Source: Pseudovirgaria hyperparasitica
Lineage: Eukaryota
DNA: 64,000 nt
Strand: one strand, 5' to 3'
Assembly (NCBI GenBank): GCA_010093815.1
Contig: ML996568.1
Each line of letters starts with the position of its first letter. Within the stretch, counting starts at the first letter, position 1. The notes under the pieces are model-generated. The model saw nothing but the letters and a program-made list of their open reading frames with translations, had not been told where the DNA came from and did no database searches. The translations under genes were made by a program, and so were the position numbers. Positions 23,910 through 35,600 of the stretch are shown in pieces.

Positions 23910-26006
23910 ATGGCAGCAGTCTCTATACCACCTTCACCCTCGGTACTCTCCAATATGACGAACCGAAGAGTACCTCTCGCCAACAACCCCAATGCTGCCA
24001 ACTCGCCATACCGCGCTGTCACGGCCGCTGCAGGCAAACGGCAACGAGCATTTGCCGCAGACGTGAGAGAAGCTGCGTATGGCCAACCACCCCCAGCAAA
24101 AAAACAGATTATAGAAGTCGAAGAGACAGATTCTCGTCGAGGTGCTTCCCGTCGGTCCGCTCAGAGCACTACGCCTCTGACGCGGAGGTTTGAAGCCGTA
24201 CGCGATAAAGCTGTTGCTCAACGTAATACGAAAAGTCAGGACGATGTTCGCATGTGGAGAGAGCACTACAGGAAGATATTCCCTACTTTCGTGTTCTACT
24301 TCGAAGGTATTCAAGATGATGTCCGCCGTAATACAGTAAGACAAGTTCGGAGCCTGGGATCGGTATGTGAACCTCCATCTCTCTGCGGCACACCAACAAG
24401 AGCATGACTGAATGTTACACAGCGAGATGAAAAGTTTTTCTCTAGAACCGTAACTCACGTTATCACAACGCGCGATATACCGAAGGCAAAGGACTTAGGC
24501 ACAACTGATGCACGGGTCACTCCTAACGAAGAGAGCCAAGGACAAGACGCGTCTGTCAAGACCATAAACCCGGTGTTGCTGAAGCCCGGAAATAGTTCGC
24601 GCAAGAATCTTTTTGATGATGCACTGCACAAGAAGGCTAACGCCCAGGGACAACCGTAAGTTAATCGCAATTGAAATGATCTACGTCAGCTAACCGAGCA
24701 CAGCATGCCCACAGATGTTGACACTAGGCGCCAGCAGAGTGGACAGGGTGACATCTTATCGAGGGCGAGAGATATGGGCATGAAGATATGGGCTCTGGAG
24801 AAACTCGAACGCATGCTTGAGACGTTATTTGCCGGTAATGAAAATGAGCGGCCTAGCAATCACAACCTGCGAGGAACCCGCATTACGGCTGTGCCTTCTC
24901 GTGGAGTAGTGTCACGCGAAGCTGACCTTTCGCAGCTGCTGAAGAAGGAAAAGATCCAAGGTCCGGCCGACCGTGACTTGACTGTGGCTACGCAAGAGAT
25001 GGTACCACTGCGAGGATGCTACGTTTATGTGCACGATATGCTCGGACAGACGAGGCCGGTCATGGTACGAGATTACGCCGTACCAACAGTGAAGGAAGAC
25101 GGGAAGTGGCCACAGTTCCGCAACACAGGCCCGGGAAAGTGTCCATTCATAGAAGACCCAAATCACGTCAGGAAACAACAACTGCAGCAACGTGTCCAAG
25201 CCAAAACGGAGACGACTGCTCCTAGAACGCGTGCTACCTCTAACATAGGAGTATCAAAGAGCATGGCTCTCGGCAACGTTGACGGGGCGAGGGCTCTTAC
25301 AGAACGCAACAGTAATCTACCACTTCGTCAGATGACTGTCGATTCAATGGAAGAAGACAGCCTTAATAAGCCCCTCGAGCCCCCCAAGGTCATTCCTGCT
25401 AAGCGCAGTAATACTGATGACTTGCCGCCAATGTACACCAGTGCACAGGCGAACCGAAGGCCCTTGCCAACATTCGCAGGAGGCCAGCCCATTGCGTCAG
25501 GGATGCAGCCTTCGAACATAACTTCAGCCATCAGGTCTAACTATATTTCCTCGATATCTTCGACAGCTCCAGTCCCTGGCGCCTCTCGAGCCGGAAGCAG
25601 CAAAGAGATCAACCAATTGAAGCGTAAAGTCTTTGAAAGGACAAGTGCCCCCTCGGCAAACAGTGCGGGTTCATATGCCAATGACGTGCGAGCTGCGATC
25701 AATGACGATCGGGCTGTACCCTCACGGGCTGCCAAACGCAAAGCACAAGAAAACCTTGCTGGCATCATAGAGGAAGAAAGCGCGTGTGGCCGAGGGCAGG
25801 CTCCTCGTCGTGCTGCTCTGCAACGCAAGCGGTCTGCTGACAGGGATCCAAAACCCGGCTATTGTGAGAATTGCCGTGAGAAATTTGATGACTTCGAGGT
25901 TCATGTCGCAACATCGAAACACCAGAAGTTTGGTCGAGTGAAAGAGAATTGGAGAGAACTCGATGACCTCTTGTCACAGCTCGTTCGCCCAATGTTGAAA
26001 CGCTGA
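23910..26006 (+). CDS. DBF4: Dbf4/Dfp1/NimO, regulatory subunit of the Cdc7 kinase, 3 exons (introns 24363-24422, 24656-24703)
   Basis: N-motif (FYFE...EKFFSRTVTHVITTR; MKIWALEKL), M-motif (YVYVHDM...RPVMVRDY...WPQFR..GPGKCPF) and DBF zinc finger KPGYCENC...H...H. Confidence 0.92.
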
Positions 26007-26775
26007 TACAAGATTTTCGGACGGACCGAATGTCAAACCCGAATCAAAAGTACTTTGACGCCCGATACCGTTGCAGATGACATTTGGCCGCAGTAGCTTA
26101 CATTCTTCCCGCTTCATAGCACTCCAGCATTTTGGCGTTTTCCAACCGGTTGCACATACCCATACGCGACCGCTGCATTGCTTGCATTTGAGGCGCTCTG
26201 GTGCTTTCTTTTCTTCATAGCTTTGAATTACTCTTGTATATTTCACGACTTATATTTATTACGTGGCTTCGGTGCGCGGCTTGGGCCTTTTTAAGGAATG
26301 CAAGGACATGACTCCGCATGAGCTTACGTCTAGACATTTACAGTCCATGGCGTCCAGCAGCAAACAGTATAGTTGCTTTAGAGAGAGGGTCCATGGCGGG
26401 AGCATGGAGTATGGCTGAATGCGAACATAGGATAAACACGGATATGACTTGAACTAAATATTGCTCCTAATAGTCCAAGATTGAAGTAACGATCATGGTC
26501 CATCTTGACTTCGCTCGTACTGACAAGGTCTCGACACGATGCATGTACGTATCCAGTACTGTTCCATTGAGTTAGGACCTTTTTCTTTGACCAAACGTGG
26601 GTTTCGGATTATTCATGCACGACGATTTGATATCTCCATGTTATTCTCCGCTGTGGCGCAGTGTTTGGCTTTGCCCCACTTAGTACTTTCCCACTAAGCG
26701 GCAGCTGTCATACATCGATACGTACAAGAACAACTCTCATATGATTCAAAGCAACTGGCAGCTGTATTGGTCACT

Positions 26776-27312
26776 ATGGCTTTACCACCCTCAATCACAT
26801 CTCCAGCTCCAGTAAACATGCTAGACGACGAAGCCGTCGACGCGGACGCGGATGCAGGCGACCTTCCCATGACGATGGCCGCATCAGTAGTCCTCACGAC
26901 ACTCCCCAAAGACGCGCATGCAGCACTAGAGAAGGCAGGAGATCTGGATGTTGAAAAGGGTACGTCGGTGACCTGGGACTACCTTCTCTCTTTCACTCCC
27001 TTACACTGTCTCTACAGAACCACGGAAACTAATACATCGATATGGTCGACAGTGACTGTGCGGTTCAAAGCACTCCCTTCCGCACCCGTATTACGGCAAA
27101 ACGCTTTCAAAGTCAAGAGCTCGCACAGATTCGATTTTGTGGTTCGTAGTCTGAGAAAAAAATTGGGTGTTAAGGATTCGGAGAGCGTGTTTTGCTATGT
27201 CAAGCAGGTGTTCGCGCCCGGGTTGGATGAAGGGGTGGGAAACTTGTGGAGGTGCTTCCGTACAGATGGTGAATTGATCGTCTGGTACAGTGTCACGCCT
27301 GCATTCGGATGA
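26776..27312 (+). CDS. ATG12: Ubiquitin-like autophagy protein Atg12, 2 exons (intron 26960-27052)
   Basis: [55 protein letters not shown] and C-terminal TPAFG. Confidence 0.93.
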   Translation: MALPPSITSPAPVNMLDDEAVDADADAGDLPMTMAASVVLTTLPKDAHAALEKAGDLDVEKGTSVTWDYLLSFTPLHCLYRTTETNTSIWSTVTVRFKALPSAPVLRQNAFKVKSSHRFDFVVRSLRKKLGVKDSESVFCYVKQVFAPGLDEGVGNLWRCFRTDGELIVWYSVTPAFG

Positions 27313-27505
27313 GGCAATGAGAGGAATGAGAAGGCACGTTGGTCATGATAGGTGAGGCCCGCGATGAATATATGGTGTGACATATTTGATTGACTATGTG
27401 ATGCAGAATATGGCGGAGTTCGAGAACCTCCGATGACAAGAATGATTGGGGGTATATTTGACACGAAGCAAAATAATGAGATCATAAAAGGCCAGAGGAA
27501 GTCGT

Positions 27506-28590
27506 CTATGCGCTAGTGTCTGGTGGCGCGGCTTCCAAAGAGGCGATAAGTTGCTCGAACTCCTCCAGCGTCTCTTTGGGGATGGGATAGGTGTGCTCAG
27601 GCGCAGGATACGCCCTGGACTTGACCTCATCCCGGTATGCAGTGATGGCTTTCATGCTTTCACCCCACACGTCTCCGTATTGCTTCACAAACTTGGGAAT
27701 CTTACGACCTGGAGGAAAGTAACCGGACATATCGACTTGAACCAACACTTGCCCGGAGCAACCGTTACCTGCACCGATACCAATCGTCGGTATCCTCAAT
27801 TTCTTTGTGATCAGTGCGGCAACTTCCTGTGGCACAGCTTCCAGCACTACACCGAATGCACCGGCCTCTTGCACGGCCAAGGCATCTTCGAGCACCTTCA
27901 TGGCGCTAATGACAGACTTGCCTTGAACACGGAACCCTCCTAGAGAATTCTGGCGCTGTGGTGTAAGGCCGACATGACCAAGGACAGGAATTCCAGCGGT
28001 CGTGATACGTTTTATGGTTGATGCCATTTCAGCACCACCTTCGAGCTTCACGGCCTGGACTCGTCCAACCTTGACCATACGTATCGCAGATTCGAGGGCC
28101 TGTTGTGGATCGATCTCATAGCTTCCCAAAGGGAGATCACCGACCTGAATAGGTACGTCAGGTGGACTCTGAGATATCAAACCAGACCGGAACTCACTAT
28201 GAAGGCCGACTTTGCCGCCCGAGAGACCGAGCGGCAGTGCAACAGCATCTCTTCCATGATTATCTCACTGGTGTCCTCCATACCCAAAGCCACCATGGCA
28301 AGGCTGTCGCCGACCAATACCACATCCATGCCAGCATGATCCGCGACGTGAGCACTCGGGAAGTCATGCGCCGTAATCATTGTTATGGGCTCGTTCTTAT
28401 GGTATAGGGAACTGATGGTGTTGAGGGTGACTTTCTTTCTGGTCGTGGTAGCACCAAGGGGCGAGTGTGAGGACAGACGTGTTTGAATCGCTGGTACGGA
28501 AGCGCGCGACAGTAGTGAAGAGATGGGTGTCGCTTTGAATACATGGATAGACGTGCGGATCAGGTCCACACGACTCAAGGCACGCGACAT
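27506..28590 (-). CDS. panB: 3-methyl-2-oxobutanoate hydroxymethyltransferase (ketopantoate hydroxymethyltransferase), 2 exons (intron 28197-28145)
   Basis: Mitochondrial-type presequence; MITAHD, LVGDSLAMV, DLPLGSY, VKLEGG, GHVGLTPQ, IGIGAG and GQVLV motifs (PanB/Ecm31 family). Confidence 0.95.
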
Positions 28591-29672
28591 GATGGGTCGG
28601 CAACGGGTATTGATGGAGGCTTCAGTCTATAGATGAAGATTGATGGAATTCTTTGGTAAGAGATGAAAGTGACAAGATGAAAGGAGTCATTCTGGACTGG
28701 CGGCAAGCGTTTTTAAGCAAGTGAGGTTCGTGATGATTGATGCCGCGCACAAGTGAGAATGGGATTATTCTGGTGGTGAAAGTCGGGGTTTGAGTTTGAA
28801 TCTCGGCCTGACAGTCCTACGCTCTGACGTGTGGGGCGGACCCGCTCGCAGACGTTTGCCGTCAAAAATGATTGGCGCCTGAGGCCGAGGCTGTCACGGG
28901 CTCCGAATTGATGTTCCCCAGAAGTGGTGGATAGCCGATACACCGTGGGAAGGGTGTATGATGCGCAATAATCAGATTGGAGGTATCGAAACATCTTCTT
29001 GTATCTATATGACCACAAGAGATAGCGTATCCACGTGCTATTTCCTACTTGCAGGCCTATCTAGTCACACATGTGGTCGTCATTGAAAGCGTCAGCATCG
29101 ATGTTCTTTGAGCTCAACACCATGTAAGTGCGATATCGAGTACGGCCAGCCTTGTATGCAAACACATCTATGGTCTGGTAGCGCGGTCCAGCGGCCTACA
29201 GAGACGAAAATGACACCTCAAATGAACATCGAAGTGGCCCTGATGGCGCAGCGAGGTGAGGCTGTTGTGTTTTGCTAGCACCATGACTTTGCGAAGATAC
29301 TTGACAGAGGATCACTCATTATCCTCAGTTGGTGTAGGAGACGCAGCAGGATCCGCCAACCATACTTCGTTGTTAGCGAGACGCTGCTGCAAGCCACCGA
29401 TATTGGACCCTATCAAGATGCCGTGTGTGACGCCCGACTTACAAGTGAAGAGACAGCTGCCCCTCAACTCGTTCGCATGAAGGAGACGATCGTATAGAAC
29501 GGGGCTGGACATCTGAGCCACGGTGTGTTGAGCATTGAAACATTGATAAAGAGTGTGCGTCTCTGGTCTCTATCGCTTTCGCTCTCCTCTGCGACCAATA
29601 ACAATTTTCAGGTGCTTTATGATCAATCTTCATTTCTTTTACTGTGTCTGCTTTGGCGTCTTCACCATCAGC

Positions 29673-31030
29673 ATGCCGGCTGGTCTAAAGAATCCGTTCT
29701 CCCGCAAGTCCACACCGAGCGAGCCTTCGAAAGATGTGGATGTCGATATCATATCAAGTTGTTTGACTGGGCTCAGCGTACAAAGTCAGCTGGCAAAACT
29801 GATTCGGTTGACATGAGTCTGACCATTTAGAAGAGAAGCACCTTGACGATGACTTGCTTGAGTCGAACCTCTTGAGACAAGGCATGATACATTCATGAAC
29901 TTCACGAGACGAAGCTGACCAGTCGCGACAGACCCTCATCTATGGGCTGCTAAAGCGGTTCTGATGAATCTCCTGCTGCAGACTATGCAGCAACAGAGAC
30001 TTAGTCCAGTGACTGTGAACCCAGAGGTACGCAGAACCGTGTCTACTTGGACTTTAAAGACATGTCTAATATATCTTAGTCTATTCTTAACCAACTGGTC
30101 GTGGCATACCAAGGAAATGGCAGCGGCCAATCTGGAACAAAGGTCGCGTTCGTCAACTCTGCATTATACAAAGCCTTCCCATCTCCACGCGACGTCGACG
30201 ATGATCTTACAGCGCAGCTTGCAGCAATGCTAACAGACATCTGTGGAACTGAAAGTCGTGATCAGATTCCTGAGTTACACGCAGTCTCCTCGCAGAACTT
30301 GGACGTGTTCTCAACCCAATCGACAAACCAAAGCTCAAAGTCCAGCTTCTATCAACCATCTCAAAGCGTCAAAGTGGCGGCGTCCAGTAAGATGCCGCCC
30401 TCGACGCCCGAAATGAACGTCGTATGGGCCCACGAAGCGTATCGAACGACTGACGGAAGCGTCTTTTCGGCTGGTAGCGTTTCTGCATTTTCAGGGTACA
30501 ACACGCCTTCTCGAGGACCACCACCATCAGCACAGAGCAACGCTGCAGAACTAAGGACCATGTCGACGCCTTCAAGTCAGCCTCTTGTGAATAGTTTTCC
30601 CTCGAACCAAAGCTCGCCTTCTCCTTCCTACCCGTCTCCAGGCGTCAAAGACAGTCCATCACCGGTCACATATCCAGGTTTACATAACAGCTCTACCTCA
30701 GCTAGTAGATCTCCCCCAGCAACCGGTAGCATCAATAGTGGAAGCCCGCTTTGTCTCTGGTGTGAGCGCAAGACAATCAGAAGACCAACCCAGTCCAATG
30801 CCAATGGAAATGCGGGCAGGTTCCACTTCAAGTGCAGCAATCCGGATTGCATGAAATGGATGGGGTGGTCTGAAAGAGACGCCGGTCAAGATCAGGGGAA
30901 TATCTGTCGATGTGGTCATCAGGCACGCGGGCAGATCGCTCCCCACGACTCGGTCAATGCTGGAACTTTTCGTTACATATGTAAAAAGGGGCCATCGCCT
31001 AGGGGATGTGGGTTTGAATCTTATCCCTGA
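29673..31030 (+). CDS. Protein with two C-terminal GRF-type zinc fingers; exons 29673-29784, 29831-29881, 29932-30026, 30080-31030
   Basis: CLWC...NGNAGRFHFKC....C..WMGW and CRCG...NAGTFRYIC........CGF. The exon chain is frame-consistent if intron 2 (29882-29931) uses a GC donor. Confidence 0.65.
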
Positions 31031-31485
31031 TGGAGGCATGAAGGTAATGCATCTGATATAGCCTGGGGAGTTACGATGTGCCTGCGTTGATATCATTGTT
31101 GTTTATGTCCTGTAGTGTAGTCACGTTATTGTTTGTTTAATACACCAAGTATAGAGTTACTTTAAAACTGCTTCCGCATCTAGGACTGGTCAGTTGAACA
31201 TGAATGTAAGTAATCATGACGCAAGCATCCGTCGCACAGTGCTCGAGCGCGACGAAACCCAAATTCCAGCACGTGTTCGTCACGTATTCTGCTATTCATT
31301 CTATGTAACTTCTTCGATATTCAAATCTGCACAACTACTTCACATCTATCAGTCCAACAGCCGCTTCCACGCACTAATTTACTCCAGTCCTCTCTCTCAC
31401 AGTGCATCTCTGCTCCCCCTTCTGCTCCACACCCTATATATATATATATATATACATTCCACCATCTCCTATAACCCGACGGAAG

Positions 31486-31719
31486 ATGAGCACTCCTACC
31501 TACCTGACATTTCATCCAATCTCTAATCCCACTCCCATACCCCCAATCCACCAAAAGCCGTACAAAGAAGAGCTAGTTCCCGATCCACCGGGAGGAGGTG
31601 CGCGTCCGAAGGAAAACAGTCAACTTACTTACGAATCAGTCTGGAGGATGTACAAGAAAGCGACACGACAGATACGAGGGAAAAGGTACTACCTATACTC
31701 CGGCCAAAAAGCGTCATAG
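31486..31719 (+). CDS. Possible small hypothetical protein (77 aa)
   Basis: ATG in AAGATG context ~30 nt downstream of a (TA)n run; no recognisable motif. Confidence 0.25.
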   Translation: MSTPTYLTFHPISNPTPIPPIHQKPYKEELVPDPPGGGARPKENSQLTYESVWRMYKKATRQIRGKRYYLYSGQKAS

Positions 31720-32368
31720 TTGGTTGTGCTGTTGTAGACGGGATATACTGCATTGAAGGATAGGAGGATGGTATGTGGGAAATGATAATTGATAGGAGAC
31801 GGATTATATAAGTTTTTGTACGTATCAGAGAGACACATAGGAGCCGAATAAGTAACGATGGTAAGGCAATGATGTACACGTTCGTGCTCTCCAGTTGCGG
31901 TTTGATGTGATGTTCATTTCTGATTACCAATTCGGACAGTCTATAGGCTCAAGTGACTGGTCTGGACTGTTGTTACCATCTTATATACCCCTATTTAACT
32001 TCTAAGCGGTGCAACACAATGAAAGAAGGAGTACAAACTGCTCACTTCTCATCCTGATATCGATTTTTCGGTGCTACACAACTATTTGGCGCGATGTTCT
32101 TTATTTCTTGCAGCTCAAGGCTCGAATAACCAAGCTATTGGTATCTTGAGTTCTTAGAATCTGACGGGGGATGAGAGGCATGTAGTCAGGCTAGACGTTT
32201 GGCATTGCGTCCTCTGCGTTTGTTGTGTGAACGTGTAAGATGACTGCCTTAGAACATGTCTCATGCTTTCCTTGAATGGGAGATTGGTAGATAATGACGA
32301 TCTAGCTCTACGCAGTCGAGAGGATCATACGTGCTGAGCAGCGGACAATACTTCACTGTAAGAGAGAT

Positions 32369-32418
<50 letters not shown>
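32369..32418. repeat. (AGAC)n microsatellite
   Basis: About 12 tandem AGAC units with one variant unit. Confidence 0.9.
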
Positions 32419-32419
<1 letters not shown>

Positions 32420-32587
32420 AATAATCTTGAATGTCAGCGAAGAAAACATATTATACTATTCACTGTACTACCATGCTACACCACTAAGAAATCAACCTGG
32501 GTTTCCGAGGACAGAGAACGTATTATCATCTTTTGATACATGAAGAAATAGACAGTATTCTCGTAGTTGGCTGTCGAGCGAATACGA

Positions 32588-32625
32588 TACTACTACTACT
32601 ACTACTAACTACTACTACTACTACT
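32588..32625. repeat. (TAC)n microsatellite
   Basis: Tandem TAC units with a single-base interruption. Confidence 0.9.
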
Positions 32626-35600
32626 GCGCCTTCTCTCACCTACCAAAAGAGCACCCTCGTACAGTCCCCCATGCACGCGTCATATATATATATATATATA
32701 TCCATATCCACATACATACATCTCAGAACTCCTAGGACACACGCATCTACAACATCTCTCACGGATGAAAACCGGGTAGGTAGGTAGATAGGTAGGAAAG
32801 TAGGTATGCAACAACCACAAAGCTATTTCCGTCTCTAGCTACTAACCAACCACTCACTCCGGAACCAGCTTCCTATACCGTCATCCAAGACAACACAAGA
32901 CAAGCCAACACGACAAGGGAGCATAGGGGAAAAGTAAGGCAGAAAACACAGAGCTCTAACGCTATCATACGGCTGAACCTATGTGGGGATCTTAGTTCAC
33001 AGGCCCGTGTCTGTGTCTGGGGTATAGCAGTGAATCATTCATGGGTGTGATGGGTGTGTGCTGCTACTTCGCATCCCATACCAGGTATTCGAAAGGATCC
33101 CCCCCTTGACGGACGTCGTATCAATGTCAATATGCTGGACCCAGCCTCCAGAGCAAGCAAGGGGCGTGAGAGACGGGGTGCAGCTGCAAACATGACAAGA
33201 CGATGACAAGACAAAGACAAGACAAGGGCAAAACGCGACATTTCGGGCCAACGGGATGGAGAGGGAGGGAGGGAGGGACGGGATAGGAGGGAAGGGTTAA
33301 TTAGAGTGCAGGCCATCATGTTCAGATGACGAGTGATTATATTTAGGTTTTGGCAGGCTCATGCTTGCAACTCAGTATATATATATGTGTGTGTGTGTTT
33401 TGTTTGCCTTGCCTCGCGCTGCGCTGCGCTGTCGTAATCGTATCAGTCCGTCCGTCAGTCCGTCAGTCTAGCATCAATGCATCATTCCAGCTTGAATGCA
33501 AAAAAGATCAGGCGCGTACTTTGCGCCGCTACGACTTGCACTTTGCAGTGCGTGTGAAGAGGAAACAACAGGTCTCGGACAAGACATATGAGAGGAAGGG
33601 TGCGACGAGGGTCGGGCTTCTTCAAGCTAATAATGAGTGCGCACTACATGTCTATTGCGATTTTTGTTTCGATATAATGGTTGATCTGGAAGAGGAGCAT
33701 GGACTGACCAACTGACAGTGACGAACTGAAAAAACTGCTATTTTTGTTCTTTGGTAATAATTAATTAGCTTTGATGCCGACGTTGCGAGTGTAGGTGGTG
33801 TATTGCCCATGCATCCATTCATGCATCCATTGCTGCGCCTGCCCGCCTTGCCATACCTTACCTTACTAGCCGAATTCTGGGGGGCACGTGGACGCAAGAA
33901 TCGGGAAAGGGGAGGCGGAGGCTGAAGAGGCTGAGGCTGAGGCTGCTTGCTAATTAGTTAGCGATACAAGCATGCGAGACGAACCGCCATCTCTCGCTCC
34001 GAGTCCTTCCCTTCCCTTCCCTTCCCTTCCCTCCCATGGCAACGGCATGGGGGCTGACGAGAGATATCCCACGAACACCTAGATGATGTTGGACCGACTG
34101 GCCCCCTCCCTTAAGAAAATGGCGTCGATCGGAAACGTGTTCTGGGAGGGTTGTTTTTGCACAAATATATTGGCCTTTTTTGCTTTTTTGAAACCGCCTT
34201 TTGGCTTGGTTTTTTTTGGGGGGGCCTGAAGGGCGACGACACGATTGCCGGCCGACCGGCCGTCCGCTTCCGTTCAACGTTGCCAAACGATCGAAGCGGG
34301 CGGCTGGGCAAAGAAAGTTGGGGCGCTTCGCTTTCATGATAAACGTTGATTACGGCTGGCTAAATGATAAAATGATAACGGCCCGCCCAGGGGGGGTAAA
34401 GGGCAGGATGTCGGACAACGGAGAAGGCCGGAAATGGACATTCTAGACTGCTATGTAATTATACAGTATGTGATAGAGGCGGACGTATTAAGTCTTTGCC
34501 TCTGCACGTCTGTGATACTACGACCGACCACAGAGGATGTGTGCGTGTGTATACTGTTATTGCAGCAATGTCTGGAGGCAGGTGGGTAAGTCTGTGTATG
34601 TGCGCGGCCAAGTCGAGTCGAGTTCATTACTATAACACAACACAAATTCAACACCTAGATCACGCGACTGACTCTATTGCGTGTTACTCGGTCTATCCGA
34701 GCGATGTCAGCAACACTGACCCTTTTTTCACTGAGCCCGGTTCCTGGTAAAATAATGCTGTTGCTGCTGCTGCTGCGGCGACGTTGCCTCCAACTTTGTA
34801 CCGCATAGCTCTCTGATCCATTTCGATGCCGTGCCAAGGTAGCACGGAGCACGAGAATTTCAGATGACCTTAGCCACCAGAGGTGCCGTGGAACACGAGC
34901 GTATTCTGGCTGAAGAGCGTGATGGCATTGTAAGCGTGGGGCCCCGGACACTTTGCAATAAGGGTTAATCTCGGTGTCAGTGCCAGAAGAGTCCCGCGTC
35001 AGCTCGGCGCGGGCTGTGTGGGCTGTGGTAATAGTGGTGGTGATGGTGGCTGACTGTAGACGTTGGAGACCCGACGGCATGGATGATGCTGACCATACAC
35101 TATAATAACCATGTCCTCCAGCTTGGACGAGGGCTGCCATAAGCTCATCTACCACCCTCAGCGAGACAATATCGCTAGGGTTTCGTGGCAGGTCGGACGC
35201 CGACGCAGCAGAGTTGGTGACGATAAGAAACAAGACTCAGAATGTCTCACGATGAGGTGAGCGTTAGCACCGATGCTCAGCGTTGCAAGCGATTGCTGAG
35301 GAAGGGCAAGCGTGAAGGTACTTCGAAGTACATGACGTCCAAGGTCTTTGCTATGCTTTGCTAGGCTATAGTGATACGAAGGAGAACAAAGCGTTTTGGA
35401 CGCGCAAGGCAATGGGATGATATGTTAGCGATTACACGTCAATCTCTCTTTTACCTGCCGCTTCGAGCGTATACTTTTACTTCTGCTGTTGCCATGGTCT
35501 TTCGATCGCGAGGAAGCTCGGTTGTTTTTTTAAATTCATGGGCAAGTGTGATTCCGCGGCCGAATTGGATGATCAGATACCTCATGGAGAAAAGATGGAG

